A stretch of 8,278 bases of DNA from Naegleria gruberi (Eukaryota): the NCBI GenBank assembly GCA_000004985.1, contig GG739076.1; one strand, written 5' to 3'. Numbering within the stretch: the first letter of the stretch is position 1; every line of letters starts with the position of its first letter. This document shows, piece by piece, positions 1 through 7,681 of this stretch. The translations under genes were made by a program, and so were the position numbers. The notes under the pieces are model-generated. The model was not told where the DNA came from. It saw nothing but the letters and a program-made list of their open reading frames with translations, and did no database searches.

Positions 1-25
1 GGTTTTTAAATTAACGTTAAGCAGA

Positions 26-60
26 GGCGCCAAGTGGAAATTGTAGTTTTTTGGCGCCAA
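26..60. repeat. Two copies of GGCGCCAA (26-33 and 53-60). The second lies inside the perfect 10-bp palindrome TTGGCGCCAA (51-60). The two could pair as an 8-9 bp GC-rich stem with a ~19-nt loop.
   Basis: Read directly from the sequence. GGCGCC is a 100% GC hexamer in a region with under 30% GC. Two occurrences 27 bp apart are not expected by chance. Confidence 0.5.
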
Positions 61-319
61 TAATGACGGTTTGAAATCTTTAAGAAAACATTTCCAAACG
101 GATCCGACATGTTTTTACTTCCTTCATCATAAAATACTATCATTAAAAGGTTTACTATTTATGAGAGTGGTAAAATAGAAAACAATGTAGTTAAAAACAG
201 AATTCTTTTTCTCTTTTACCTGTGTTAAACAAATCAACGTAGTCGTCTATTGAGGTATCAAGCTATTATCAATACCGTTAAATGATTGCGCCTTCGTTGT
301 TTATGATGAATATTAATAT

Positions 320-550
320 AAAAAATGGCAAAACAAGGTCCCTTCTTTTTTCATAAACAAAATAACAAAATATTAAGCACGAATATAGCGATACTAGATG
401 GAACAGAAATACAAATTAATTTTTCTTCCATCAAATTTTACTTTAACAAAACAAAGTATTATTTTAGGATTAAATTATTAATTAATTGTAAACCGCTTAA
501 ACAATATCAAATTGGATTACCAAAATGGATTATTATATGCATAGAATTAG
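320..550 (+). repeat. Copy A, the left arm, of a diverged inverted-repeat pair of about 230 bp.
   Basis: The reverse complement of 1165-1419 aligns to 320-550 by hand. Identity is about 80% over about 215 aligned nt, with 5 indels. It begins with A5-ATGGCAAAACAAG, matching A5-ATGGTAAAACAAG in the rc of copy B. Similarity fades after CAAAATGG (A 522-529, B rc of 1188-1195) and is gone by about 550 in A and about 1165 in B. Confidence 0.7.
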
Positions 551-639
551 TAATGGTAAATGAGATTGGATTAAATTTTTTAGTATTACGATTTAATTTT
601 GATAAGGACGTAATATTTGATTTTTCATATCCTTTATAA
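325..639 (+). CDS. Hypothetical 104-aa ORF. Its first ~68 codons lie in repeat copy A and are paralogous to the head of ORF 962-1414 (-).
   Basis: ORF track. The heads align as MAKQGPFFFHKQNNKILSTNIAILDGTEIQINFSSIKFYFNKT... versus MVKQVSYFWQKQNNKLSNTNPTILLDGKEIQINYTSIKFHYFNKT.... A stop-free run of this length is rare at about 27% GC. Substitutions between the copies show no third-position excess, so protein-level constraint is not demonstrated. Confidence 0.2.
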   Translation: MAKQGPFFFHKQNNKILSTNIAILDGTEIQINFSSIKFYFNKTKYYFRIKLLINCKPLKQYQIGLPKWIIICIELVMVNEIGLNFLVLRFNFDKDVIFDFSYPL

Positions 640-866
640 TATTTCCATTTACAAAATCTGTAAATTCATTTTCTTTTCTTAATAAATTAAATGCATCACT
701 AGATTTAGGATGCACTGTTTTTCCTTTTGCACTTTTTATCAATTTCCAATAAATCTATAATCTAACAAGCCAACCCTGGTATGTATATTCTAATATTATT
801 AATTTATTTAACACAATTAATTACAATAAACAATCTAATGTTTCATTTGTGTACAATGAGAAGGTA

Positions 867-1133
867 ATGATCATGTACATAAATGTCTCAAAGGAAAAGA
901 ATAAGTTGAAAAAACTTGTTACTAATGAAGAACACGTCACCTTCTTCAAGATTTCCAAATCTCAGACACAAATCAACAAAGCTGATATCTTTGGAAATTT
1001 AAAACAAATTTCCAGATTTGTGTTTAATGAAGAGCAAGAGAAAAGAAAGCGAATTGAGATGATAAATAAAATTAATTCATATCCATTAAATAATTGTAAT
1101 ATTTGTAAATATAAAATTTTAAAGTTCAAGTAA
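867..1133 (+). CDS. Hypothetical small Lys/Glu-rich protein of 88 aa from the first ATG. The ORF track starts at GTG 849, which is not a eukaryotic start.
   Basis: The ORF is open 849-1133 and ends at TAA 1131-1133. Codon usage is yeast-like (AAG, TTG, ACT, GCT, AGA, ATC, TTC). The product is hydrophilic: MIMYINVSKEKNKLKKLVTNEEHVTFFKISKSQTQINKADIFGNLKQISRFVFNEEQEKRKRIEMINKINSYPLNNCNICKYKILKFK. I do not recognise it by homology. Confidence 0.3.
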   Translation: MIMYINVSKEKNKLKKLVTNEEHVTFFKISKSQTQINKADIFGNLKQISRFVFNEEQEKRKRIEMINKINSYPLNNCNICKYKILKFK

Positions 1134-1414
1134 TATGATATTAAAAAAGTAAGAGATTTAAAATAAAAAAATCTATAATGAATATTCCATTTTGATAATC
1201 TAATTTGATGCTGTTTTTTGAATTGTTTAAATGGTTTACAATTAATAAATACTAATTTAATCCTAACATAATTAGTTACTGTTTTGTTAAAGTAGTGAAA
1301 TTTGATAGAAGTATAATTAATTTGTATTTCTTTTCCATCCAGTAATATTGTTGGATTGGTGTTTGATAATTTGTTATTTTGTTTCTGCCAAAAGTAAGAA
1401 ACTTGTTTTACCAT
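962..1414 (-). CDS. Hypothetical 150-aa ORF. The first ~76 codons (about 1187-1414) lie in repeat copy B and match ORF 325-639. The distal part (962-1133) is antisense to the K/E-rich + ORF and is probably a fortuitously open antisense frame.
   Basis: ORF track. The tail is hydrophobic F/L/I/Y-rich, typical of antisense translation of AAR/GAR-rich coding sequence. Confidence 0.15.
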   Translation of the reverse strand: MVKQVSYFWQKQNNKLSNTNPTILLDGKEIQINYTSIKFHYFNKTVTNYVRIKLVFINCKPFKQFKKQHQIRLSKWNIHYRFFYFKSLTFLISYYLNFKILYLQILQLFNGYELILFIISIRFLFSCSSLNTNLEICFKFPKISALLICV

Positions 1415-1419
1415 TTTTT
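1165..1419 (-). repeat. Copy B, the right arm, of the same inverted-repeat pair, in reverse-complement orientation.
   Basis: Same alignment as the previous feature. The outer boundary is sharp at the A5-ATGG motif (1411-1419). Flanking sequence beyond 1419 does not match the sequence left of 320. Confidence 0.7.
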
Positions 1420-1733
1420 CTTGAAGTGTGTGAAGTATTTATTTGACATTTAAAAAATAACAATTTTGAGTTTCAATAAATGTTTTGTTCAACTAGGGTT
1501 GAGTATTACGATATCTACAGCCATTTAGTTTTGCAAGAACTTTTGATGAAATATAATACTAATCATCATTCTAATTTCATCTTGCTACAATTATCACTAA
1601 TGGCTTACCAATATTACAACGCTGATAAATACAAACGAATGGTTTTTTAATTTAATTCTCTCAATTGTTCCTTAATTCCTCCACCACTCCTTTTATTTAC
1701 AGTAAATTTTTAAGAAGAAAAATAATTAAAAAA

Positions 1734-1810
1734 ATGCAACCACCTCCGCGTGATGATTCTTCAGCGTTGTTGTCTTGTGTGATGACTTCAACTGCTGCGG
1801 GGTTGTTATC
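1734..1810 (+). CDS. 5' end of a protein-coding gene (MQPPPRDDSSALLSCVMTSTAAGLL...) that continues into the N block. It is partial.
   Basis: ATG 1734 is the first in-frame ATG after stop TAA 1653-1655. It sits in the A-rich context ATTAAAAAAATGCAA. Codons are yeast-preferred (CAA, CCA, TCT, TTG, ACT, GCT). The antisense reading (…DNNPAAVEVITQDNNAEESSRGGG) uses rarer codons (CCC, GCA, CGC, GGA). Confidence 0.45.
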
Positions 1811-4800
1811 NNNNNNNNNNNNNNNNNNNNNNNNNNNNNNNNNNNNNNNNNNNNNNNNNNNNNNNNNNNNNNNNNNNNNNNNNNNNNNNNNNNNNNNNNN
1901 NNNNNNNNNNNNNNNNNNNNNNNNNNNNNNNNNNNNNNNNNNNNNNNNNNNNNNNNNNNNNNNNNNNNNNNNNNNNNNNNNNNNNNNNNNNNNNNNNNNN
2001 NNNNNNNNNNNNNNNNNNNNNNNNNNNNNNNNNNNNNNNNNNNNNNNNNNNNNNNNNNNNNNNNNNNNNNNNNNNNNNNNNNNNNNNNNNNNNNNNNNNN
2101 NNNNNNNNNNNNNNNNNNNNNNNNNNNNNNNNNNNNNNNNNNNNNNNNNNNNNNNNNNNNNNNNNNNNNNNNNNNNNNNNNNNNNNNNNNNNNNNNNNNN
2201 NNNNNNNNNNNNNNNNNNNNNNNNNNNNNNNNNNNNNNNNNNNNNNNNNNNNNNNNNNNNNNNNNNNNNNNNNNNNNNNNNNNNNNNNNNNNNNNNNNNN
2301 NNNNNNNNNNNNNNNNNNNNNNNNNNNNNNNNNNNNNNNNNNNNNNNNNNNNNNNNNNNNNNNNNNNNNNNNNNNNNNNNNNNNNNNNNNNNNNNNNNNN
2401 NNNNNNNNNNNNNNNNNNNNNNNNNNNNNNNNNNNNNNNNNNNNNNNNNNNNNNNNNNNNNNNNNNNNNNNNNNNNNNNNNNNNNNNNNNNNNNNNNNNN
2501 NNNNNNNNNNNNNNNNNNNNNNNNNNNNNNNNNNNNNNNNNNNNNNNNNNNNNNNNNNNNNNNNNNNNNNNNNNNNNNNNNNNNNNNNNNNNNNNNNNNN
2601 NNNNNNNNNNNNNNNNNNNNNNNNNNNNNNNNNNNNNNNNNNNNNNNNNNNNNNNNNNNNNNNNNNNNNNNNNNNNNNNNNNNNNNNNNNNNNNNNNNNN
2701 NNNNNNNNNNNNNNNNNNNNNNNNNNNNNNNNNNNNNNNNNNNNNNNNNNNNNNNNNNNNNNNNNNNNNNNNNNNNNNNNNNNNNNNNNNNNNNNNNNNN
2801 NNNNNNNNNNNNNNNNNNNNNNNNNNNNNNNNNNNNNNNNNNNNNNNNNNNNNNNNNNNNNNNNNNNNNNNNNNNNNNNNNNNNNNNNNNNNNNNNNNNN
2901 NNNNNNNNNNNNNNNNNNNNNNNNNNNNNNNNNNNNNNNNNNNNNNNNNNNNNNNNNNNNNNNNNNNNNNNNNNNNNNNNNNNNNNNNNNNNNNNNNNNN
3001 NNNNNNNNNNNNNNNNNNNNNNNNNNNNNNNNNNNNNNNNNNNNNNNNNNNNNNNNNNNNNNNNNNNNNNNNNNNNNNNNNNNNNNNNNNNNNNNNNNNN
3101 NNNNNNNNNNNNNNNNNNNNNNNNNNNNNNNNNNNNNNNNNNNNNNNNNNNNNNNNNNNNNNNNNNNNNNNNNNNNNNNNNNNNNNNNNNNNNNNNNNNN
3201 NNNNNNNNNNNNNNNNNNNNNNNNNNNNNNNNNNNNNNNNNNNNNNNNNNNNNNNNNNNNNNNNNNNNNNNNNNNNNNNNNNNNNNNNNNNNNNNNNNNN
3301 NNNNNNNNNNNNNNNNNNNNNNNNNNNNNNNNNNNNNNNNNNNNNNNNNNNNNNNNNNNNNNNNNNNNNNNNNNNNNNNNNNNNNNNNNNNNNNNNNNNN
3401 NNNNNNNNNNNNNNNNNNNNNNNNNNNNNNNNNNNNNNNNNNNNNNNNNNNNNNNNNNNNNNNNNNNNNNNNNNNNNNNNNNNNNNNNNNNNNNNNNNNN
3501 NNNNNNNNNNNNNNNNNNNNNNNNNNNNNNNNNNNNNNNNNNNNNNNNNNNNNNNNNNNNNNNNNNNNNNNNNNNNNNNNNNNNNNNNNNNNNNNNNNNN
3601 NNNNNNNNNNNNNNNNNNNNNNNNNNNNNNNNNNNNNNNNNNNNNNNNNNNNNNNNNNNNNNNNNNNNNNNNNNNNNNNNNNNNNNNNNNNNNNNNNNNN
3701 NNNNNNNNNNNNNNNNNNNNNNNNNNNNNNNNNNNNNNNNNNNNNNNNNNNNNNNNNNNNNNNNNNNNNNNNNNNNNNNNNNNNNNNNNNNNNNNNNNNN
3801 NNNNNNNNNNNNNNNNNNNNNNNNNNNNNNNNNNNNNNNNNNNNNNNNNNNNNNNNNNNNNNNNNNNNNNNNNNNNNNNNNNNNNNNNNNNNNNNNNNNN
3901 NNNNNNNNNNNNNNNNNNNNNNNNNNNNNNNNNNNNNNNNNNNNNNNNNNNNNNNNNNNNNNNNNNNNNNNNNNNNNNNNNNNNNNNNNNNNNNNNNNNN
4001 NNNNNNNNNNNNNNNNNNNNNNNNNNNNNNNNNNNNNNNNNNNNNNNNNNNNNNNNNNNNNNNNNNNNNNNNNNNNNNNNNNNNNNNNNNNNNNNNNNNN
4101 NNNNNNNNNNNNNNNNNNNNNNNNNNNNNNNNNNNNNNNNNNNNNNNNNNNNNNNNNNNNNNNNNNNNNNNNNNNNNNNNNNNNNNNNNNNNNNNNNNNN
4201 NNNNNNNNNNNNNNNNNNNNNNNNNNNNNNNNNNNNNNNNNNNNNNNNNNNNNNNNNNNNNNNNNNNNNNNNNNNNNNNNNNNNNNNNNNNNNNNNNNNN
4301 NNNNNNNNNNNNNNNNNNNNNNNNNNNNNNNNNNNNNNNNNNNNNNNNNNNNNNNNNNNNNNNNNNNNNNNNNNNNNNNNNNNNNNNNNNNNNNNNNNNN
4401 NNNNNNNNNNNNNNNNNNNNNNNNNNNNNNNNNNNNNNNNNNNNNNNNNNNNNNNNNNNNNNNNNNNNNNNNNNNNNNNNNNNNNNNNNNNNNNNNNNNN
4501 NNNNNNNNNNNNNNNNNNNNNNNNNNNNNNNNNNNNNNNNNNNNNNNNNNNNNNNNNNNNNNNNNNNNNNNNNNNNNNNNNNNNNNNNNNNNNNNNNNNN
4601 NNNNNNNNNNNNNNNNNNNNNNNNNNNNNNNNNNNNNNNNNNNNNNNNNNNNNNNNNNNNNNNNNNNNNNNNNNNNNNNNNNNNNNNNNNNNNNNNNNNN
4701 NNNNNNNNNNNNNNNNNNNNNNNNNNNNNNNNNNNNNNNNNNNNNNNNNNNNNNNNNNNNNNNNNNNNNNNNNNNNNNNNNNNNNNNNNNNNNNNNNNNN

Positions 4801-7059
4801 NNNNNNNNNNNNNNNNNNNNNNNNNNNNNNNNNNNNNNNNNNNNNNNNNNNNNNNNNNNNNNNNNNNNNNNNNNNNNNNNNNNNNNNNNNNNNNNNNNNN
4901 NNNNNNNNNNNNNNNNNNNNNNNNNNNNNNNNNNNNNNNNNNNNNNNNNNNNNNNNNNNNNNNNNNNNNNNNNNNNNNNNNNNNNNNNNNNNNNNNNNNN
5001 NNNNNNNNNNNNNNNNNNNNNNNNNNNNNNNNNNNNNNNNNNNNNNNNNNNNNNNNNNNNNNNNNNNNNNNNNNNNNNNNNNNNNNNNNNNNNNNNNNNN
5101 NNNNNNNNNNNNNNNNNNNNNNNNNNNNNNNNNNNNNNNNNNNNNNNNNNNNNNNNNNNNNNNNNNNNNNNNNNNNNNNNNNNNNNNNNNNNNNNNNNNN
5201 NNNNNNNNNNNNNNNNNNNNNNNNNNNNNNNNNNNNNNNNNNNNNNNNNNNNNNNNNNNNNNNNNNNNNNNNNNNNNNNNNNNNNNNNNNNNNNNNNNNN
5301 NNNNNNNNNNNNNNNNNNNNNNNNNNNNNNNNNNNNNNNNNNNNNNNNNNNNNNNNNNNNNNNNNNNNNNNNNNNNNNNNNNNNNNNNNNNNNNNNNNNN
5401 NNNNNNNNNNNNNNNNNNNNNNNNNNNNNNNNNNNNNNNNNNNNNNNNNNNNNNNNNNNNNNNNNNNNNNNNNNNNNNNNNNNNNNNNNNNNNNNNNNNN
5501 NNNNNNNNNNNNNNNNNNNNNNNNNNNNNNNNNNNNNNNNNNNNNNNNNNNNNNNNNNNNNNNNNNNNNNNNNNNNNNNNNNNNNNNNNNNNNNNNNNNN
5601 NNNNNNNNNNNNNNNNNNNNNNNNNNNNNNNNNNNNNNNNNNNNNNNNNNNNNNNNNNNNNNNNNNNNNNNNNNNNNNNNNNNNNNNNNNNNNNNNNNNN
5701 NNNNNNNNNNNNNNNNNNNNNNNNNNNNNNNNNNNNNNNNNNNNNNNNNNNNNNNNNNNNNNNNNNNNNNNNNNNNNNNNNNNNNNNNNNNNNNNNNNNN
5801 NNNNNNNNNNNNNNNNNNNNNNNNNNNNNNNNNNNNNNNNNNNNNNNNNNNNNNNNNNNNNNNNNNNNNNNNNNNNNNNNNNNNNNNNNNNNNNNNNNNN
5901 NNNNNNNNNNNNNNNNNNNNNNNNNNNNNNNNNNNNNNNNNNNNNNNNNNNNNNNNNNNNNNNNNNNNNNNNNNNNNNNNNNNNNNNNNNNNNNNNNNNN
6001 NNNNNNNNNNNNNNNNNNNNNNNNNNNNNNNNNNNNNNNNNNNNNNNNNNNNNNNNNNNNNNNNNNNNNNNNNNNNNNNNNNNNNNNNNNNNNNNNNNNN
6101 NNNNNNNNNNNNNNNNNNNNNNNNNNNNNNNNNNNNNNNNNNNNNNNNNNNNNNNNNNNNNNNNNNNNNNNNNNNNNNNNNNNNNNNNNNNNNNNNNNNN
6201 NNNNNNNNNNNNNNNNNNNNNNNNNNNNNNNNNNNNNNNNNNNNNNNNNNNNNNNNNNNNNNNNNNNNNNNNNNNNNNNNNNNNNNNNNNNNNNNNNNNN
6301 NNNNNNNNNNNNNNNNNNNNNNNNNNNNNNNNNNNNNNNNNNNNNNNNNNNNNNNNNNNNNNNNNNNNNNNNNNNNNNNNNNNNNNNNNNNNNNNNNNNN
6401 NNNNNNNNNNNNNNNNNNNNNNNNNNNNNNNNNNNNNNNNNNNNNNNNNNNNNNNNNNNNNNNNNNNNNNNNNNNNNNNNNNNNNNNNNNNNNNNNNNNN
6501 NNNNNNNNNNNNNNNNNNNNNNNNNNNNNNNNNNNNNNNNNNNNNNNNNNNNNNNNNNNNNNNNNNNNNNNNNNNNNNNNNNNNNNNNNNNNNNNNNNNN
6601 NNNNNNNNNNNNNNNNNNNNNNNNNNNNNNNNNNNNNNNNNNNNNNNNNNNNNNNNNNNNNNNNNNNNNNNNNNNNNNNNNNNNNNNNNNNNNNNNNNNN
6701 NNNNNNNNNNNNNNNNNNNNNNNNNNNNNNNNNNNNNNNNNNNNNNNNNNNNNNNNNNNNNNNNNNNNNNNNNNNNNNNNNNNNNNNNNNNNNNNNNNNN
6801 NNNNNNNNNNNNNNNNNNNNNNNNNNNNNNNNNNNNNNNNNNNNNNNNNNNNNNNNNNNNNNNNNNNNNNNNNNNNNNNNNNNNNNNNNNNNNNNNNNNN
6901 NNNNNNNNNNNNNNNNNNNNNNNNNNNNNNNNNNNNNNNNNNNNNNNNNNNNNNNNNNNNNNNNNNNNNNNNNNNNNNNNNNNNNNNNNNNNNNNNNNNN
7001 NNNNNNNNNNNNNNNNNNNNNNNNNNNNNNNNNNNNNNNNNNNNNNNNNNNNNNNNNNN
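1811..7059. other. Run of 5,249 N. It is an assembly gap of estimated size or masked sequence, and nothing in it can be interpreted.
   Basis: Read directly. All ORF-track entries that cross it (1665-7070 +, 1775-7351 +, 1697-7141 -, 1726-7083 -) are poly-X artefacts. Confidence 1.
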
Positions 7060-7060
7060 C

Positions 7061-7351
7061 GGAAGAGTAACTTGCTTGCTCAATAGAAAGATGGAAACTG
7101 AATTGGCAAAGGCAATTCAATATGCCATGGTAACCAATCAACCACTCACAACCATTAACGTGGAGAATGCCTCAGAAAATCTTGAAAGAATGAAGGGTGA
7201 ACAAGCAAGAAAACGACAATTGAGAAGAAATTCCTACGAGAAGAGATTTAGAAATTCTAGAAGTGATAATAACAATTATTACCAAAAGGGTCCAATCAGT
7301 ATTAACAATCCAAATAGAATGTCCAAGCTCTCTAATAAAAAGAATTACTAA
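7061..7351 (+). CDS. 3' end of a protein-coding gene, the last 97 codons (...GRVTCLLNRKMETELAKAIQYAMVTNQPLTTINVENASENLERMKGEQARKRQLRRNSYEKRFRNSRSDNNNYYQKGPISINNPNRMSKLSNKKNY*). It is partial. The basic C-terminal tail has a bipartite-NLS-like KR-x10-KRFR arrangement.
   Basis: The frame is open from the gap edge to TAA 7349-7351. Every Arg codon is AGA except one CGA, and the rest is yeast-style. The product is hydrophilic and protein-like. Product identity is not recognised. Confidence 0.7.
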   Translation, partial: GRVTCLLNRKMETELAKAIQYAMVTNQPLTTINVENASENLERMKGEQARKRQLRRNSYEKRFRNSRSDNNNYYQKGPISINNPNRMSKLSNKKNY

Positions 7352-7460
7352 GCCATTAATAATTTTAATACATTATAGAGAAAGCAATCTAATGTTTTCC
7401 GAATGGTTGTGATTCTTAATACTGATACAGTTGTTGAGACTTCACACTTCCTTAACCATC
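7352..7460 (+). terminator. AT-rich 3' UTR and probable cleavage/polyadenylation region of the upstream gene.
   Basis: AATAAT, TTTAATACATTATAG and similar A/T-rich elements lie immediately after the TAA. This is typical of yeast efficiency/positioning elements. No experimental support. Confidence 0.3.
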
Positions 7461-7519
7461 AAACCGTCAATTACGGACTCTATTAAGGAAACAACATTCC
7501 CGCTAAAAGAACTTGTGCA

Positions 7520-7525
7520 ACGCGT
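7520..7525. promoter_or_regulatory. A single ACGCGT hexamer (MluI cell-cycle box, MCB-like) about 160 bp upstream of ATG 7682.
   Basis: Exact hexamer read from the sequence. MCB is the MBF binding motif of G1/S genes in budding yeasts. One hexamer in a 330-bp spacer has roughly a 5-10% chance of occurring randomly. Confidence 0.2.
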
Positions 7526-7681
7526 GTTTACATTAGAAAGAAGGTTCTCCCGATTTTCCTTAGCACAACGGTGGTTTTTTTTATTACCCATCAAGGCCTG
7601 TCTTACGTGATGTTCAAATGCTGTTGTGGTGGTTGAAAATTAATCAAAAAGAAAAACTCTTATTTTTTCTTCGAAGAATTT

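Larger units (their letters stand above)
320..1419. mobile_element. Candidate TIR-bounded non-autonomous element (MITE- or MULE-like long-TIR architecture), or a local inverted duplication.
   Basis: The two arms face each other in classic terminal-inverted-repeat geometry: the left end equals the rc of the right end. The internal segment is about 615 bp and has no transposase-sized ORF. I could not find a target-site duplication (the flanks ...TATTAATAT | and | CTTGAAGTGTG share no direct repeat), so the mobile-element interpretation is weak. Confidence 0.2.

Noticed and set aside
317-324. Perfect TATAAAA box
   Set aside because: It directly abuts ATG 325 (0-1 nt spacing), too close to serve as that ORF's TATA element. 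It is more likely part of the A-rich repeat boundary.
779-950. Yeast-type intron signals: GTATGT (779-784), TACTAAT (920-926), pyrimidine tract plus AAG (948-950), with the downstream exon in phase with ORF 849-1133
   Set aside because: No upstream exon is possible: stops lie within 6 codons of 778 in the matching phase and no ATG is available. GTATGT and TACTAAT are expected about once by chance in 3 kb of this AT-rich composition. The ORF also reads straight through the supposed intron.
298-1562. Approximate 16-17 nt direct match TGATGAATATTAATAT (304-319) versus TGATGAAATATAATACT (1546-1562) outside the two repeat arms
   Set aside because: It is 130 bp away from the right arm, so it is not a target-site duplication. 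It is low-complexity AT-rich sequence where such near-matches are common.
1543-1626. Possible C/D-box snoRNA: TGATGA (1546-1551) and CTGA (1623-1626) about 77 nt apart, plus ATGATGA at 303-309
   Set aside because: No terminal stem complementarity exists between the 5' and 3' flanks, and no D' or C' boxes or obvious rRNA-complementary guide could be verified by eye. ATGATGA at 303 has no downstream CTGA.
1556-1712. TACTAAT (1556-1562) and a polypyrimidine tract ending TTTACAG (1678-1702) just upstream of ATG 1734, suggesting a 5' UTR intron
   Set aside because: No GTATGT or GTAAGT donor lies upstream within the readable spacer. The branch-to-AG distance of about 140 nt is atypically long for yeasts. 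It cannot be tested without transcript data.
1665-7351. Four very long ORFs in the track (1,785-1,858 aa) spanning the window on both strands
   Set aside because: They consist almost entirely of X translated from N. Only their short real ends (1734-1810 + and 7061-7351 +) carry information. The - strand versions are antisense readings of those ends.
7595-7630. T-loop-like GTTCAAAT (7609-7616) and a general tRNA search. In yeasts, repeat elements often sit next to tRNA genes.
   Set aside because: Position 61 would be G opposite G53. No acceptor or D-arm pairing could be built. No GGTTCGANTCC B-box occurs anywhere in the readable sequence.
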